24,944 nt of DNA, taken from the NCBI GenBank assembly GCA_039818285.1, contig JBCBUE010000001.1, positions 23,388 through 48,331 on the forward strand, written 5' to 3'. The notes under the pieces were generated by a model. It worked only from the letters and a program-made list of their open reading frames with translations, searched no databases and was not told where the DNA came from. Shown here piece after piece: positions 24,530 to 24,944 of the stretch. The DNA comes from Planctomycetota bacterium. GTDB lineage: Bacteria > Planctomycetota > Phycisphaerae > Phycisphaerales > Phycisphaeraceae. Each line of letters begins with the position of its first letter. Position 1 is the first letter of the stretch. Position numbers and translations under genes: made by a program.

Positions 24530-24944
24530 ATGAAACCGTCCCACCTTGCTATCGCGCTGGCGTGTGCCTCGACCATCGTTTGTTCTCACGTCGGCGGCGT
24601 CCACGCACAAGGGGACGAAACGCCTTTCGTGCTCGACCGCGCGGCCGAGCCGGCCTACGGCCCCTGGCGGTCATCGCGGATCGGCGGCGGCGGCTACCTG
24701 GTCAACGGGCTTTTCACCACCGACCCCGACGTCATGTACTGGTACAGCGACGTCGGCGGCGTCTACCGCTCGGACACCGCCGGCCGGTCGTGGCGGCAGA
24801 TCAACGGCACGTCCGACGCTCCGGCGTTCGCGAACGTCCGCTCTCTGCTCGTGGACCCGCGCGACCCCGATCACCTGATCGCGGCAACCGGTTGGCAGTG
24901 GGGTGAGCGCGAAGGCATCATGCTCTCCAACGACGCCGGCGAGA
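24530..24944 (+). CDS. GH74-like / BNR-repeat beta-propeller protein, 5' fragment that runs off the window end. It is not in the supplied ORF track.
   Basis: My own translation of the frame from ATG 24530 (GGAG 10 nt upstream) gives MKPSHLAIALACASTIVCSHVGGVHAQGDETPF...WRSSRIGGGGYLVNGLFTTDPDVMYWYSDVGGVYRSDTAGRSWRQING...LSNDAGE, with no stop up to 24944. The GGGG[YF]-x20-D[VI]GG-x-YR-x5-W pattern is what I remember for GH74 N-termini. It parallels FSTDVGGLWRSIDGGATWE in the 19344 gene. Confidence 0.65.
   Translation, partial: MKPSHLAIALACASTIVCSHVGGVHAQGDETPFVLDRAAEPAYGPWRSSRIGGGGYLVNGLFTTDPDVMYWYSDVGGVYRSDTAGRSWRQINGTSDAPAFANVRSLLVDPRDPDHLIAATGWQWGEREGIMLSNDAGE

Noticed and set aside
1-24944. 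Looked for CRISPR repeats, tRNA or rRNA-like sequences, IS inverted repeats, transposase or integrase genes, and defence-system genes.
   Set aside because: None was seen. The only repeated DNA blocks are the conserved coding segments for the prepilin helices and the PEP-CTERM tails.

Overview
High-GC window coded entirely on the plus strand, about 20 genes. I saw no rRNA, tRNA, CRISPR array or IS element. All family calls rest on motif recognition by eye, since no homology search was possible.

The gene content looks like a marine Planctomycetota genome, possibly Phycisphaerae-like. That is an inference from three things occurring together: several formylglycine-type sulfatases, PEP-CTERM tails and DUF1559-type prepilin-like proteins.

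Left part (1-6.6 kb): an L-rhamnose isomerase, two sulfatases and an uncharacterised hydrolase-like protein of the clan GH-A type.

From about 6.7 kb to the window end the DNA is organised as four tandem, co-directional cassettes with the same internal order: [regulator] - small PEP-CTERM secreted protein - DUF1559/pseudopilin-like protein - enzyme.
- Cassette A (6718-12002): ECF sigma plus FecR-like anti-sigma, PEP-CTERM, DUF1559, sulfatase.
- Cassette B (12523-14976): PEP-CTERM then sulfatase, with no regulator or pseudopilin.
- Cassette C (15532-21596): PEP-CTERM, GntR/AraR-type regulator, an anchor-less paralogue, DUF1559, and a GH74-like protein with 12 Asp-boxes.
- Cassette D (21720 to window end): LacI regulator, PEP-CTERM, DUF1559, and a second GH74-like protein that is truncated by the window.

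Cis elements are visible in AT-rich islands in front of the cassettes:
- near-consensus sigma70-type promoters;
- a perfect 16-bp palindrome plus a 13/16 copy bracketing the LacI promoter;
- a 9-bp-arm inverted repeat inside the cassette-C promoter;
- a clean intrinsic terminator after one PEP-CTERM gene.

Main hypothesis: this is a polysaccharide-utilisation-locus-like organisation in which a PEP-CTERM protein plus a DUF1559 pseudopilin take the role of the recurring marker pair.
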